This document shows, piece by piece, positions 22,778 to 35,783 of a stretch of 64,000 bases of DNA. The notes beneath the pieces are model-generated. The model was given only the letters and a program-made list of their open reading frames with translations. It was not told the origin of the DNA and searched no databases. The stretch lies in the IMG/VR virus record IMGVR_UViG_3300034683_000333; one strand, written 5' to 3'. Each line of letters starts with the position of its first letter. Position 1 is the first letter of the stretch. The stretch comes from a virus. Both the position numbers and the translations under genes were made by a program.

Positions 22778-25700
22778 TTACCGAATATATTTTACAGTTG
22801 CTTTGTATGATAAATTGGTACCATCACTTGTTGTCACTTTAATACCACCTATTTGTTTTTTATTTTTAAATTTACCCTTAATTTTTACCTTTTTAGCTGT
22901 AGTTGTGAAGAAACCGAACTTCGGAGGCTCCATTTGCTCAAATTGATCTTTCACGGTAAAATCATAATTATAGTTCCATATAGACAACATTTGTTTTGCT
23001 AACTTGTCGTGTGGAATCATTGGACCAATAACAAACAAGTAATCACCAGCTTCCCTATCCTATAATCTAAACGACTGTAACATATTTTTCTATTCTGGAA
23101 TAATAATATGTTCCAGGTTCGTATCAAGAATACCACCAAGCGGTGTATTCAAAGGTGTGTCAGATTTACGAACGATACGTACTGGAGATACTTGTAAATA
23201 CATATAAGTAGGATATTTGCGTGTCATTTTCAACCGCATGGTAGTGGAATCAACATTTGATAGTGTATAATCACAACCATTTACATAACTAGTCGAACTT
23301 GAATATCTGTGTGTATACGTAAAAGCAAACATATATGGAGACAACTTTGATGCATCATACGTTCCATCCATGGTAAAGTCCATGGTGACAGTAGACAAAG
23401 AATCCATGAAAAATCCATTACGAGCTTCGTTTTCGCTAATGTTGCTAGGTGAATAATATCCTATTACATGATCCTAAAAATTCCAATCAACCGAATTGTC
23501 TATGTAATCCAAAACAAGCGTGAATCCAAAAAGATCCAAACTATCAGCAAGATTTTCGACAGATTGATCATATTGTTCTGGTATCGTAGCAACATCCGTT
23601 GCAACGGTTGGTAAAGGTGTTTTATCTGAATGAAGAACAACATATGAAAATGGATATCCGGTTATGTCAGTAACAAAGTATGAAAAATCAACTGGTGTAA
23701 AATCTGGATATTTAAGTTCCGATGAAGCAAAATTATAAGCAAATCGATTATACTTCAAAGATATGGTACCAACGACTCGTGGTTTGGTTAGCTTATAAAG
23801 TTCTCGTTGAATTACATATTCATAATTCGGATAAAAATTATCATACATAGCATTGGAAAATGGAACAAAAACAAATTCAGTATTATTCTGCAAATCAATT
23901 GTTAATAAATTCCGTCCTTGTTCATTGGACATAATGGCTTTTGTTCCACCATTAGAACTAGCGTTACCATAAACAATTTGATCCTATGTAACCGATCCAT
24001 TTTTACACGAATCAACAAAAGCGGTTTCACTGTTAATATAAGCAGAACTAAACGGATTAAGTGCTGGATGAGATAAAAAGGTTTCTTTTGAAAAAGAATT
24101 TGAATAATCAACAAATGTTAAGTCCAGATCTATAAAAACATCATTGAAATTGTATAGATTTCTATCTTGGGATTGACTAAGTGTATATACTATGTAAGGA
24201 AAATAACCATCTACAGTATAGTCAATTGAATCGTATACATCATCTGAGAATACTATGGTATTGTCCCATAAATCATAATTCCAAGTCGATAACCAAAATA
24301 CGTCAAAATCAAGAGATACACGCTTCACAAATTCTGGAAATACGATGGATGTCTTGAATGAAGTGGCGTCCCAAAGCTGGGGTACATTGTATCCAACAAC
24401 CTTCCCTGAACGAGTTTTTTGACGGTTGAAATCAAAAAGAACGATCGGAAGACCATTGTGCCAACGCACCGTTGGATGAAGCGAATTCCAGAAAATGTAC
24501 TCATGTTCCAAATCAACATCTTCAAAATTTTCATAAAAGATCAATCCATCATAAATGTCAACCGCATCGCTTTCAAACAAAAGATGATTTCGTGCATCAA
24601 TGTATCTAAGTTGATCCATTTCCCTATCATAATAAACAATAAACTTTGGATTTGGATCAAACCAATATATTAGAGTTTCTTGTTGGGGTTCTGCAATTGA
24701 GGCATTAAAAGCCTTATACAATAGTTGATGATAGTTATGAATGTTGTCAATTGAATAACAAAGATGTCCATAAGTAGAATCAACATTATCGTTGGCGTAG
24801 TGATACGTGCAATTCACCTTATTGCAATAAACAATGATCTCATCAAATGTCTGCACATCATAATTATAAAAAGTAAGTGACAAAATGTAATAATCATCAT
24901 TTTCATAAAGACGATCCACAATTACTTCACCAAAACGCTTTACCAGTTCAATATGTTGATAAGTTGTGTCGTTTATGATGATATCAATGGTATGCTCATG
25001 TTTATTGATAATTACGTTTGTTGGTGATAAAGTAGAATCCGTATAGAATGTCATTGGCAACTTATCAAGATATGCTGGGTTGAATGTACCATCGGGGCTT
25101 AGTTCGCCACCATAGAGAAGATTATTGTCATAAAACTCTATAAAGAAACGTGAATCGTCGAGGTTTGTTTTATAAAGATTGTAAACACCCAATTTTTCAT
25201 CGATTATCGCATTCGCAGGAACATTCATTGAAAAAAGTCTTCCAGAAACTTCATTGTAAAACCACCAAATGTCCCCATATTTTGCCAACGGATAGGCATA
25301 AAGAAGACCCGTAACATCCCAGGAATGAGTCAAACTAGCTTGAGCTGATTCGTCGTGCCACCAAACGGATTTCTAGGTCTTATCAGTTGTGGCGTTGAGG
25401 TTTCCAAACACGGTGTGATCCTGAATGTAGGGAATTGATACTTCCAAAAACTTATCAAAATAAGGAAGACTCACGTAGACTAATGGATTACTTGAAAAAT
25501 CGAATGACAAATGAGAAATCCAAGGAATCTTCTTTGCAATCTCCCACTGAAGCGGTGAATGGATGTTTTTAACCACCAATTCTGTACTCATACCCGTGGA
25601 ATCGGTGACATCCAAATGAATGGCAAAATCATTCACCCGAGTAATCGTCGTTTCGACGATGTTTGACCAATCCACCGCAGGATTTGGCGTTCCCCAGTGA

Positions 25701-28700
25701 AAAACGGTTTCTTGATTTGTTAGATCATAAGTTCCAAGATCAAGCGAACCGGTTGTAAATCTCCTATACGTTTCTCGATCTTCGGATACAAGATCATCTG
25801 CCGCCTCCCACTTGAGCCAAAAATGCATTCTCGTCACAAAATCCCCCGTAACTTGAAGGGTCGTCCCATCAAATGAAAAGGTCGCTGGAACAAAATCCGT
25901 CGTCCAGTCGTTTGATAGGGTGGCCCATAGATGATTTCGATCGTCATTGAAATTGCAACCCGAAACGGATGTGTTGAGATTTGTGATGTCCACCTGACGC
26001 CAGTTGAATGCAAGCTCCAGATTGATCTTGGCATCTCTTAAAAGCGCCTAGTGAGTGGAATCGGCTGTAAGATCGTACTTGTATATTGCCAATTTATCCT
26101 TTTCAGTTCGATTGAACGTTCTGCCAAAACCCAACACCCAGTCGTTACCTTCGTTGGTTGTCCAAACCGTTCCCGTTTCCGGGTTCCATTGCTTTGGTGA
26201 AAGAACTGGAAAATAGATATTTGAGTGGAGAATGGGCTTTTGGACCAATTTTTCCGGTTGTTTTACTGGATATAGAAATTCATTTGTCGTTTTATCAAAC
26301 GTACCGGAAACGGGTTTTACAAGTCGTGTCCAAACCGTAGACTAAATTTCGGGGTCCTTAGACTAATAACCATACGGTAACAGCACAAAATCGTCACACG
26401 AAATGACACCATCGGTTTCAATTAATCCAACTCCTTCTGTAGTACGCTGAATCCAGCGCATATCATAAAATCGATTCGTTTTAAATACGTAATTTGCCCA
26501 TACATATCCATTATAGGACGCCGAAAAACAATCATTCGTTGGAACATAAAAATACTTCCACATTGCATTGTGATAATTTTCCAGACTAATATACGTTGAG
26601 TCAAAATTCTATTTACCAAACTAACCAAGACCACTTAACCACATTTCCTTCTTTTCTGGATGAAGTGTTGATGTATAAATCGTTGGAACATTATCAAGAA
26701 CTTCTTCATTGAGCAGTTCTGGAACCTTGTAGGATGGTGCGTAATAATATCGTTTTTTATCGCTAGCTTCGAGTAATACATATTTACTAATATCTGTTTT
26801 ATAACTTATTGTGTAATAGTTATCAAACTTTGCTCCTAGAAGCCTTGTATGAGTATTCACATCTAGGTGTTGTCCGTAAATAGAACTTAATTCTTCGGTA
26901 TAATAGGGCTTCCCATTTGTTCCTTGTCGAGATGAACGTAATTCCAATGTATTTTGAGTGTGTATAAGTAATTTAGGATAATTTATTGATAACCAACCAA
27001 AATCATACCGATCATAAATTTGGTATTCAGATGGATATGGAAATTGAATGTCATATTCATCTTTAAAAATCAAATCATAATTGTCCGATATTCTATCGAA
27101 CCTGGACAACCACAAATACATTCGATCCTGCGGCTAACGCTGTGCCATTAGAGTTCCATGCGCCAAAATCTAACTATACACATTATCATTATCTAAAACA
27201 TATTCATACTTTGTGCTGTTAAATGTTATTCTATTACCGATTCTTGAATGACTAACATTTGGTGGATTAGAAAGATCCACGATAAATTGATAAAGCGAAC
27301 CACTCGCATCAAAAAATATTGGATCTAATTCTATTGTCCATATAAACCATCTGTTTGTCTTGTGATCCTAAAACGTCTAGTGTTTATTATATCCTGTGTT
27401 ATTATAATTCCATAAGAGACTTTCATCACTAAGATAATAAGCATCTTCTTCGACCCATTCCGTACCATCCACAAGACTCATAAACACAATCATAGGTCGT
27501 TTGCTTTCTGAATAATAGTTATCTGTAACGTCTTCTGGGCCGATGAATACAAATTTTGTGTCGTCAATTTGTTCAAATGCCTCTGCTAACCCAATGTACG
27601 TATTGGGAATGTCTGGTAAATCAATCCAAGTTGATGTATCTAGATCAAAAAGAGCTAAATTCTAAGGCTTGGTAAATCCACCCTAACTAAATCGCTTATT
27701 GATCATGTGAACCTTATTGTTCCTAACAGTAGATGGCAACCACATCGTATCTGATGTATTGACACCAAGTCTCTCAACTGAACGGTTTTCTAAATCATAT
27801 AATAGTGTCCCAACCCCATCAGGATTCCATCCACCAATAGTACCCTACGAGTACTTACGGACAATTAAATATCTACTATTAAAATAAAAAATATTAAGAT
27901 TTGTCATTCCAGCATTATCATTTATCTAACTTTGTAATGATGTTCCGTCCCATCGAAATACTTTACCAGTACCTTGATCGTAGTGAAACAGTTGTGTATT
28001 ATCTACAGCAAAAACGGAATCCGTGAAAAATGAATAAAACAATTCGGAGATCTATGTATTTTTCTGAAATACCTTCAACGATGGATTATTGAATACTGTC
28101 TGGTCAGCATTAACCGTTACAGAGTCATAATCATATAAAATATCGTTTTTAAAGCTGTTAGTTATAACAATGGATGTTTCATCAATATGCGTCACATCAA
28201 ATGATCGCACATCATATTCAGGTAATTCATATCCTTTATAAATAAAAGTTGATGCTGTATAATCCGGTGAAATGGTTAATGTAACAAAACTATCAACAAA
28301 TGACTAATGTTTGGTAAATACGCCAGATGAATCAATTTGTAAGAAACCACGATTACCTGGAATATCCTCTTCTGCTACATCAAACTTACCCTTTAATGAA
28401 CTGTGAAGTGAATAGTATTCTGTATTATATATAAAATCATAATAACCAAGACTCTAATTTCCTGTAATATCGTTTATTGTGCCACCATAAATATTATAGA
28501 CTTGCTTATATGCTGGATTCTAATAGGCTGCTTGTACAATATATGGTAATGTTCTAGGAATAGTAATTTCTTGTACTGAATCAACAAAAATACTACCCAC
28601 ATTAATAAGACTCTTTCCAAAAATTGTAGGATCAAGTGAATTTATCAACCAACCACCGCTACTTTGTATGTTATAAAATTTTACATTGTCCCAAAAACGT

Positions 28701-30313
28701 GTTTCAACAAAATCATACGGACGAGATATTACACCGAATGGCGTCCGCTTGACACACGGATTGCTCTTTGACCACTGACCCAACGTAGCAACCGGAGCCG
28801 CATCATAGGGTCGGTTTCTTGAATACGTAAACGTTCCAACCATTGGCGTTCCATTGATAAACGAAATCCTCGAAACATCGCTCACGATTGTAACATCAGA
28901 CGAAAGTTTAAGCTTGTTACGATTGATCCAATAAATTCCAGTCGTAGTATCCACCAAAACATCTGTGAGCGAAAAAGTATCTTGGTCGATAACCTAATTT
29001 GAAATGGAATAATCGATAAGTAGGTTATTCAACGGATGAAGAATAAGCTTTGTTGAATCGATGAGATTAGAAACTTCATGCTGTAATGTATCTGAATTAA
29101 AAACTACCTGGATCGGCACATACCCCACAACACCGGAATTGAATTGAATCATCATTTGATAGCACGAAACATAAGTTGTTTCATCCGTGTGTTTATGTAT
29201 GTTTGAAGATTGAATTTTTATGAGCTTAGCTTGTGAAAGTAAAGAATTGTCTATAAAGTTTAAAACATTAAACGTTGTATCAAATGAACCGTTTTTTCCG
29301 GTATACCACTTATTTCTTACAGATTCGAAAGTTGATCGTACTTCACCTTCTTTATGTTCTGGAGCATATTGTAGTAGTAATTTGTGTGTTGGAATAGTAT
29401 AAATATCATTAGAATTTATAAGCGGCGGAGTCGATAAACCCTAATTATATGTTGGCTAGTCATTCCACGAATATCCATAAAATGCGGAACCGTAGTTTAC
29501 TGATGTACTATCCAAGCCTCGAATAGAATATTCTTTTGTTATTGGAGAATATTGAAAAAACTTCCAATTCCAATCGAATGAATACTTATATGTTCTTATT
29601 ACAAGGTTGGTAGAATCCACATACATATCATAGAAAACTGAAGTCACATTATTTGCTGGTTGTCCAGAAATGAGTGCAATGAATGATTTTCTTCGGTGCT
29701 TAAAAAGATTATAAAATTTTTCCTGAATCGTAAATGAACTCTTAATAATGTCGTTTGGTGGAACAAAAAGATGCTTAATCGCTTTCTTATTATATACCGC
29801 ATCCACAACCTTTGAAAAATCCGTGAAATCCGTTTCCAAAACCTTAAAAGAATGAAGAATCAATTGGGGTTTTATTCTTTGATGGGTTGAATCAATAAGT
29901 AAATCTTCTACAATAGGATCACTCACTTTAGCTAATACGTCATCGAAATTGATGGAAAGATTACTATCAAGATAATTATACCAATTGTTTACAAGATCTT
30001 TTCCATATTGTTCGTTACTAGCAAGATTATTTTCCAATTGGATCATTTCATCAACAAAAATATTATTTAACCGGCTTGCATAAACATTGAAACAAAACCA
30101 TTTTAACGAATCGTTTCCTATAGTCTTATAATCAAAGAGTGCATTCTTGTTATTTTCGAGTGTAAAATCACGCAGTGGTGTCTTGATGGCAACCCATTCC
30201 ACACCAGGCACGGCATAAATGGACTCATCAACATATTCTGCAAAAAATTCTTGTGTTTCTCTCCGCTAATCAATAATCTTCTAATCCAGGTTTTTAACCG
30301 AAAATTTATTCAT
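22778..30313 (-). CDS. Giant (2511 aa) putative tail/baseplate-associated protein with beta-propeller-like segments; recoded (about 27 TAG)
   Basis: One frame with no TAA/TGA from ATG 30313 (GGAG SD) to TAA 22778. It links ten track ORFs and fills the apparently empty 27122-28519 and 28958-29455 gaps. An internal gene boundary at a TAG cannot be excluded. Confidence 0.8.
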
Positions 30314-30347
30314 AAATGGACTCCGCTATATTTAGGGTAGCATTCAT

Positions 30348-30357
30348 ACTAATTAGT
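30348..30357. promoter_or_regulatory. Palindromic ACTAATTAGT: bidirectional candidate late promoter
   Basis: 37 nt from ATG 30313 (minus) and 38 nt from ATG 30393 (plus). Confidence 0.75.
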
Positions 30358-30392
30358 TGATATGCAAAACTACAACTCGGAGCAAAGACAAC

Positions 30393-32939
30393 ATGTTCCT
30401 AACAACGAAGCAAACTACATTCAATCAATTATCTAAAATTGAAACCGTAACATCTGTCATTCCTTCCAGCGTTTTTTATGACGATGTTTCAACCTATGGA
30501 AATATCATTCAATAGAGGGAAAACATTTTGAAAACTTATTTTGATGAAATTGTGCAAAACGGAGGAAGTATAAAGATTTCTAAAAACAACGACATTTATA
30601 TTACGAAAGATTTTGAATCACTCTACGAATCCGTTGCCACCATGTGGGACGGCGACTCGTGGATGGTGGACAAAGATTATTACTTCTTCAACGTAAGCAC
30701 CGACGAACGTTGGGTTCAATCCAATGCGGAATGGGAAAAATGGAAATCCAACCGTGCATGGAGCATCTTGGAACGCTACATGGACGAGGACGACCTGGAT
30801 CGAGCCCTCGTTGACTATGCCTATTATTTAACGAAAATTGACGAAATACGTGATGAAATGGCCGAAATTGTCTTTGGAGTTGAAACGCCACTTTATAACT
30901 GGCTCGAAAAGGCCATACCAGAAATATCCACCATGATTGATTCGCATGAATTGATTGAAATCCTTCAAACAATGAAAATCCGAACACTTAACATTTCCAA
31001 GTATACCGATAAGCGTTTCTGGTTGTTTGGTTTTCTAAAACGAATCTATCCTTTCATTTACATGAAAGCTGGGGAAATTAAACTTTTGGGACATGGTGGT
31101 CTAATTGAATCTTACGAAGATTTTACAAATAACGTAAATATTGAATCTATGAATCACCTTTATTCGTCGATTGCTGTTGACAAAAAAAACCTGATGACAA
31201 TCTGTAAATGGGTAAATGATGAATATTACCTTGAAAAACTCGGAAAACTAAAAAAATGGATGTTTGACGACGAAGTACGAAAAACCGCAATCGGGGACGA
31301 AGACATAATCGAAGAATCCGTTGAAGTTGAAAAGGAAAATAAAGGAACGTACATCAATATTGAAATGAAACTCGATAACGCCGCCGCAACGGCACGACTT
31401 GAAGAATTCCTCGAAGATACGTTCAAGGATATGGTTTGGATTGGAACAAAAAATATCAACTATTCGAATAGCAAAACAAAATACTTCGTAGATTATGGAG
31501 TAAACGTACCGATATCTCAGTTTCAAGTTCAGAAAAACGAATCATTCAAACAACGGGAAGGTATTAAATTTGTTGTTGCTTTTGTTTTTAGTTATGATCC
31601 AGATCTATTCGATTTATGGCAATATGTAAAACAAGGTCGATTCATCACATGGCAAACTTTTCCAATTTGGACACAAAAGGATTTTAATCTATCGGGGAAA
31701 GAACTTATTTCCTAGCCGCTTCTAAATAAACTGGAACTGCCACCAGATACAATGGAAACAATTGAATATGAAAACTGGTCCATGGAAGATTACGAGTACG
31801 ATACAACTTACATTAATGACGGATACATCAAAGGCGATTACCTCTATATGACAAAGCGAAGTCAAAAAACAAGCGCAGGATATCTTGGCTATGAAGTAAG
31901 TATCAAAATGAAATTACCAAGGAGCATTTATTGGAATGATGGAGCTATTTCAGTCATTACAAGAGATAAAATTTTTAATCTGCATACAGTTGTCTCTCTT
32001 CCCAATGTAAACGACGAAGACCACATTCGTGATACAGTTCAAAAAGCCCGTTATCAACTTTGTGCACAACTTTAGCAAAACGTCACCATGTGGGTTAGAA
32101 ATGGGTGTGAACTAATTGGTTTCCCAAGGGATATATTAAGACGTAGTGGTATTATGGAAGGTATTCTTGTAATGGCTATGGAAGAATCACTCGAACCAGT
32201 ATCGTTTTACGAAAATGATTTGGCTATGGACACATTTTATGAAAACAAATCAGATGCAGACAAAGCTACGCAACGTGTATTTGTGCGTCAATTAAATATC
32301 ATCAATGAACAATATAAGGTCTTCACAAGTCTTCCTAATATGAAAGACACGAGATTCGTGTATGAATTAAAAACGTTTGAAAATACAAAGCATCAAAACG
32401 AAAGCTGGCAAATTACTGATATCGTGAAATACACACCAACAAGTCTCCCCGTAGATTTTAAAGCAAGTGATCCAGATCATATCTAGGATTTGAATCATAT
32501 ATATTATAACGCTCTTGTTCCAACATACACAAGCAATGTTGGACGGGGTGGTGGCCTTATTGCAAAATTAGAGTACAGAGTCCAGGGAAAACAGGAAATC
32601 AAATACATTACGTCCAAGAGTAGCGACTTTATTTCCGGTCTCAGTAATTCACAGCAGATTAGATTTGATGTTCAAACGTTTGAAACGGATAACCTCGACA
32701 AACTCTTAGAAGATTTGTTTCCAACAAGTAGCAAAACAATTAAAATTTCACTAGGAGCCATTAAATCACAAGATGATCATAGCGCATAGGAATCACTTTA
32801 CCTTTCCAATCCTTTCATAACAAACATCGTTGTAAATCATAACTATTTATCAGAAATTGATGAAGTTAATGTCGTTGCAACAATATATGATTAGCCAATT
32901 AAAACACCATCATTACCAGACCCATTGATCAAATTCTGA
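30393..32939 (+). CDS. Hypothetical (848 aa) protein; recoded (6 TAG)
   Basis: GGAG SD + ATG 30393; joins track ORFs 30528, 31752, 32088 and 32490; TGA 32937-32939. Confidence 0.8.
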
Positions 32940-32953
32940 CACAGAAATAAATG

Positions 32954-32983
32954 TTGACAAGATGAAGCCTAACGTGATATTAT
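32954..32983 (+). promoter_or_regulatory. sigma70 promoter cut off from its gene by the IS insertion
   Basis: TTGACA-18 nt-(TGn)TATTAT ends exactly at the IS right end; the joint restores it about 30 nt upstream of ATG 35528. Confidence 0.6.
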
Positions 32984-33346
32984 TTGACACTCCCCATGAC
33001 TAAAGTCAGGGGATTCTTGGGTCGTTAACGCCCTCATCCATTTCTGGTTCGGACAACGCCCAAGTTAAGGGTGTGCCATCACCCCTCCCTAGGCAGGTCA
33101 TATAGACCCTAGGGCTGGTAGACTATCGCTTTATGCTACACCATCTACCACAGGTGCTTTCATTATATTTATAGCACCTAATCTATCTCTATGTGTTATA
33201 TATCCACATGATTTGCATACATATTTTCTATCTCTCGCTTTGTGTGAACTACCCCCACCTATAGAGGTGGTGGCTTCGTGGTCAATACTCCCATCGGAGC
33301 AAGTTTACCCACGCTCAAAGGGCTGTTCCATCCCCGTATATGCCAT

Positions 33347-34417
33347 TTACATGGCTAATTTTAGTAAGTTCTTTGCTGCATTTACATCTCTATCGTGTTT
33401 AACATCACAATTAGGACACTTCCATTCTCGTAATGCTAAATTCTTTACTTCTATATTTTTATATCCACATTCACTACATATTTGACTTGATGCATAGTTT
33501 TGTGAGGCTATTATTATTTCTCTCCCATACCATTTTGCCTTATATTCTAATATTCTTCTAAATTCTGCCCATGATACTTCACTTATTGATTTTGATAGAT
33601 GTTTGTTTTGTTGCATATTCTTTACTCTCAAATCCTCTAAAACTATAACTTGGTTTTCGTTTATAATTTTAGAGGACAATTTATGAAGAAAATCTTTTCT
33701 TTGATTAGTTATTTTTTCATGTAATTTAGCAAGTTTTTGTCTATTTTTCTCATAATTTTTACTACACTTTTGTTTCCTTGATAAATCTCTTTGAAGTTTC
33801 TTTATTCTTTTTTCAGTTCTTCTTAGCCATTTAGGATTTTCTACTTTTGTTCCATCTGAAAATACTGCAAACTCTTTTAATCCTAAGTCTATACCTATTT
33901 TCTTGTCTACCTTAGGTAAAAATTGAATTTCTTCTTCTACAAGTATTGAAACATAGTATTTACCTGTTGGCGTTTTAGATATAGTTACAGATTTTATAAT
34001 TCCTAAAAACTGTCTATGTTGCTTAATCTTTATCATTGTTTTCAATTTTGGTATTTTCAAATAACTATTTTCTATTTTGACGGTTCCATTTTGATTATTT
34101 GTTGTATAAGATTGATAGCCCTTCTTTTTCTTGAATTTAGGAAAACCTATCTTTTTATCTCTAAAAAAGTTTTTATATGCTTTTTCTAAATTTATTTGTG
34201 CATTAGCAAGAGCAAGACTATCTACTTCTCTTAGAAATGGATATTCTTTTTTATATTGTGCAGGAGTTGTTTTAAGGATTTTCCCTGTTTGTTTATAATG
34301 GTCTATCTTATCATTAAGCATTTTATTATATATAAACCTTACACAACCGAATGTTTTAGCAAAAAATTCCTTTTGTTCTTTTGTTGGGTATATCCTGTAT
34401 TTATAGGCTTTTAGCAA
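33347..34417 (-). CDS. tnpB: RNA-guided endonuclease TnpB
   Basis: KAYKYRIYPT HTH, GIDLGLK, VIVLEDL, CSECG…CPNC Zn finger, HDRDVNAAKN. Confidence 0.95.
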   Translation of the reverse strand: MLKAYKYRIYPTKEQKEFFAKTFGCVRFIYNKMLNDKIDHYKQTGKILKTTPAQYKKEYPFLREVDSLALANAQINLEKAYKNFFRDKKIGFPKFKKKKGYQSYTTNNQNGTVKIENSYLKIPKLKTMIKIKQHRQFLGIIKSVTISKTPTGKYYVSILVEEEIQFLPKVDKKIGIDLGLKEFAVFSDGTKVENPKWLRRTEKRIKKLQRDLSRKQKCSKNYEKNRQKLAKLHEKITNQRKDFLHKLSSKIINENQVIVLEDLRVKNMQQNKHLSKSISEVSWAEFRRILEYKAKWYGREIIIASQNYASSQICSECGYKNIEVKNLALREWKCPNCDVKHDRDVNAAKNLLKLAM

Positions 34418-34419
34418 AG

Positions 34420-34899
34420 TTACACCTTCTTCCCTTGTGTTTCTATATATTTCTTAATTACTTCAATTGGTGCGCCACCTGTTGTAAGTAAGCAATAACT
34501 TCTTGACCAAAAATATTCCTTCCAAAGTTGTTGTTTGATTTCAGGGAACTCTTTTTTTACAAGTCTACTGCTGGCACTTTTATAAGCATTTATAAATTTA
34601 GATAGTTCGCTATTAGGATGTGCTTTGAATAATATATGAATATGGTCTTTACCGTGATTCCATTCTTGCAAGGTGATATTATAATTACCTTGTATTTTTT
34701 CAAATATTTCTTTTAGTCTGTTTGATATATTATCGTCAATTACTTTTCTTCTATATTTTGTTACTAAAACAAGATGATAATATAACAAGAATACTGAATG
34801 ATTATTATTGTCTAAATTTATTGGCTTATCAATCCTCCCGTCTCTAATACTGATTGTATTATTGAAGGAAGGTTTTGTCAAGCAACATTCATCACCCAC
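34420..34899 (-). CDS. tnpA: IS200-type Y1 HUH transposase (true start probably downstream of 34899)
   Basis: YHLVLVTKYRRKVI, DHIHIL (HUH), FWSRSY, IKKYIETQ. Confidence 0.9.
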   Translation of the reverse strand: MGDECCLTKPSFNNTISIRDGRIDKPINLDNNNHSVFLLYYHLVLVTKYRRKVIDDNISNRLKEIFEKIQGNYNITLQEWNHGKDHIHILFKAHPNSELSKFINAYKSASSRLVKKEFPEIKQQLWKEYFWSRSYCLLTTGGAPIEVIKKYIETQGKKV

Positions 34900-34970
34900 T
34901 TATAGAAGTGGGCGACTTCTGTTGCTGGTTAGGTTAAATTTAACTGTTAATTTCATAATTCACCACCTTT

Positions 34971-35369
34971 CTATACATTCTTTTGATTTTCTATATATTT
35001 TTGTATTGCTTTTTCGCTTACGTATCCAACAGTACAGCAAAAATAACTTCGTGTCCAAAGTGAAGGGATTCTACTTCTTAATTCAGGATATTTTTCTCTT
35101 AAAATTCTACTGCTTGTTCCTTTAAAATATCGTACTAAACTGTGCAAATGTTGTCGTGGATCGAAACTTATAAACATATGAACATGGTCTGGTATTATTT
35201 CTAATGCTTTTATTTCAACATCTTTCTCTTTAGCTATATCATAAAATATTTGCCTTAAATCTTTCTCTATATCTCCAACTAACACCTTACGTCTGTATTT
35301 AGGACAAAATACTATATGATATTGATTAAGATATACTATACCTTCTTTATGTGTGTATTTATCTTCCAT
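34971..35369 (-). CDS. tnpA: IS200-type Y1 HUH transposase
   Basis: YHIVFCPKYRRKVL, PDHVHMF, LWTRSYF, IQKYIENQ. Confidence 0.95.
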   Translation of the reverse strand: MEDKYTHKEGIVYLNQYHIVFCPKYRRKVLVGDIEKDLRQIFYDIAKEKDVEIKALEIIPDHVHMFISFDPRQHLHSLVRYFKGTSSRILREKYPELRSRIPSLWTRSYFCCTVGYVSEKAIQKYIENQKNV

Positions 35370-35527
35370 TAGATACTTACCTCCTATCTAATTTTATTAT
35401 ATCATAGATTAGATAAGTGTCAAGTATTTAATTGCTTAAGCCGAGATAAGCCTTCATCCCCGTGACTAAAGTCAGGGGCTTTCGGCTAAGCCAATTGTAA
35501 TTGAAATTGAGGGAGGGGGGAATCAAA

Positions 35528-35755
35528 ATGAAAAGAAAATTCTTTGAAGAGGATGCCACCGGACTCAAGAAAGACCTGCTCCGCCACATGGAACTTGAAA
35601 AGGAGTTGCTTGAAGAAATTGATGAAGTTATGAAAATTGAAGATCCAAAATATCGTGAAGTGCTTTTAAGGTCGTACAACGAAATATATGCAAATCTTCT
35701 CCAATCCAAGGCGGAACTTGCGGAAAAAATTGGACGTAAAAAGAAGAGAAAGTAA
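35528..35755 (+). CDS. Small charged helical hypothetical protein (75 aa)
   Basis: GGAGG SD + ATG 35528, TAA stop, terminator at 35757-35783. Confidence 0.7.
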   Translation: MKRKFFEEDATGLKKDLLRHMELEKELLEEIDEVMKIEDPKYREVLLRSYNEIYANLLQSKAELAEKIGRKKKRK

Positions 35756-35756
35756 C

Positions 35757-35783
35757 GGGGGGCAAATAGCCCCCCATCTTTTT
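35757..35783. terminator. Terminator between convergent genes
   Basis: Stem GGGGGGC/GCCCCCC with a T-run. Confidence 0.7.

Larger units (their letters stand above)
33245..34933 (-). mobile_element. Inner IS605-type element (tnpA + tnpB) nested in the outer element
   Basis: Inserted after TTTAA; left hairpin CGCCCACTTCTATAAGTGGGTG; right end …GGTAGTTCA|C. Confidence 0.85.
33131..34959 (-). pseudogene. tnpB: Remnant of the outer tnpB (N-terminal MKLTVKF and C-terminal 37 aa only)
   Basis: ATG AAA TTA ACA GTT AAA TTT AA| precedes the inner element; HKARDRKYVCKSCGYITHRDRLGAINIMKAPVVDGVA* follows it (TnpB Zn-finger and RuvC-III tail). Boundaries approximate. Confidence 0.7.
32984..35496 (-). mobile_element. 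Outer IS605-type element (IS608-like ends) with an internally deleted tnpB
   Basis: Left end after TTAC with AAAG at the foot of hairpin CCCCTGACTTTAGTCACGGGG; right end with GAAT at the foot of the same hairpin and terminal TCAA; carries tnpA 34971..35369. Confidence 0.8.

Noticed and set aside
20921-32939. TGA recoding (stops at 20921 and 32937)
   Set aside because: TGA behaves as a stop: it is followed by SD+ATG of the next gene or by a promoter, and ATGA/GTGA overlaps are common.
33213-35709. Track ORFs 33213..33485, 34808..35125 and 35428..35709
   Set aside because: Antisense to IS genes or to the 35528 gene; no independent support.
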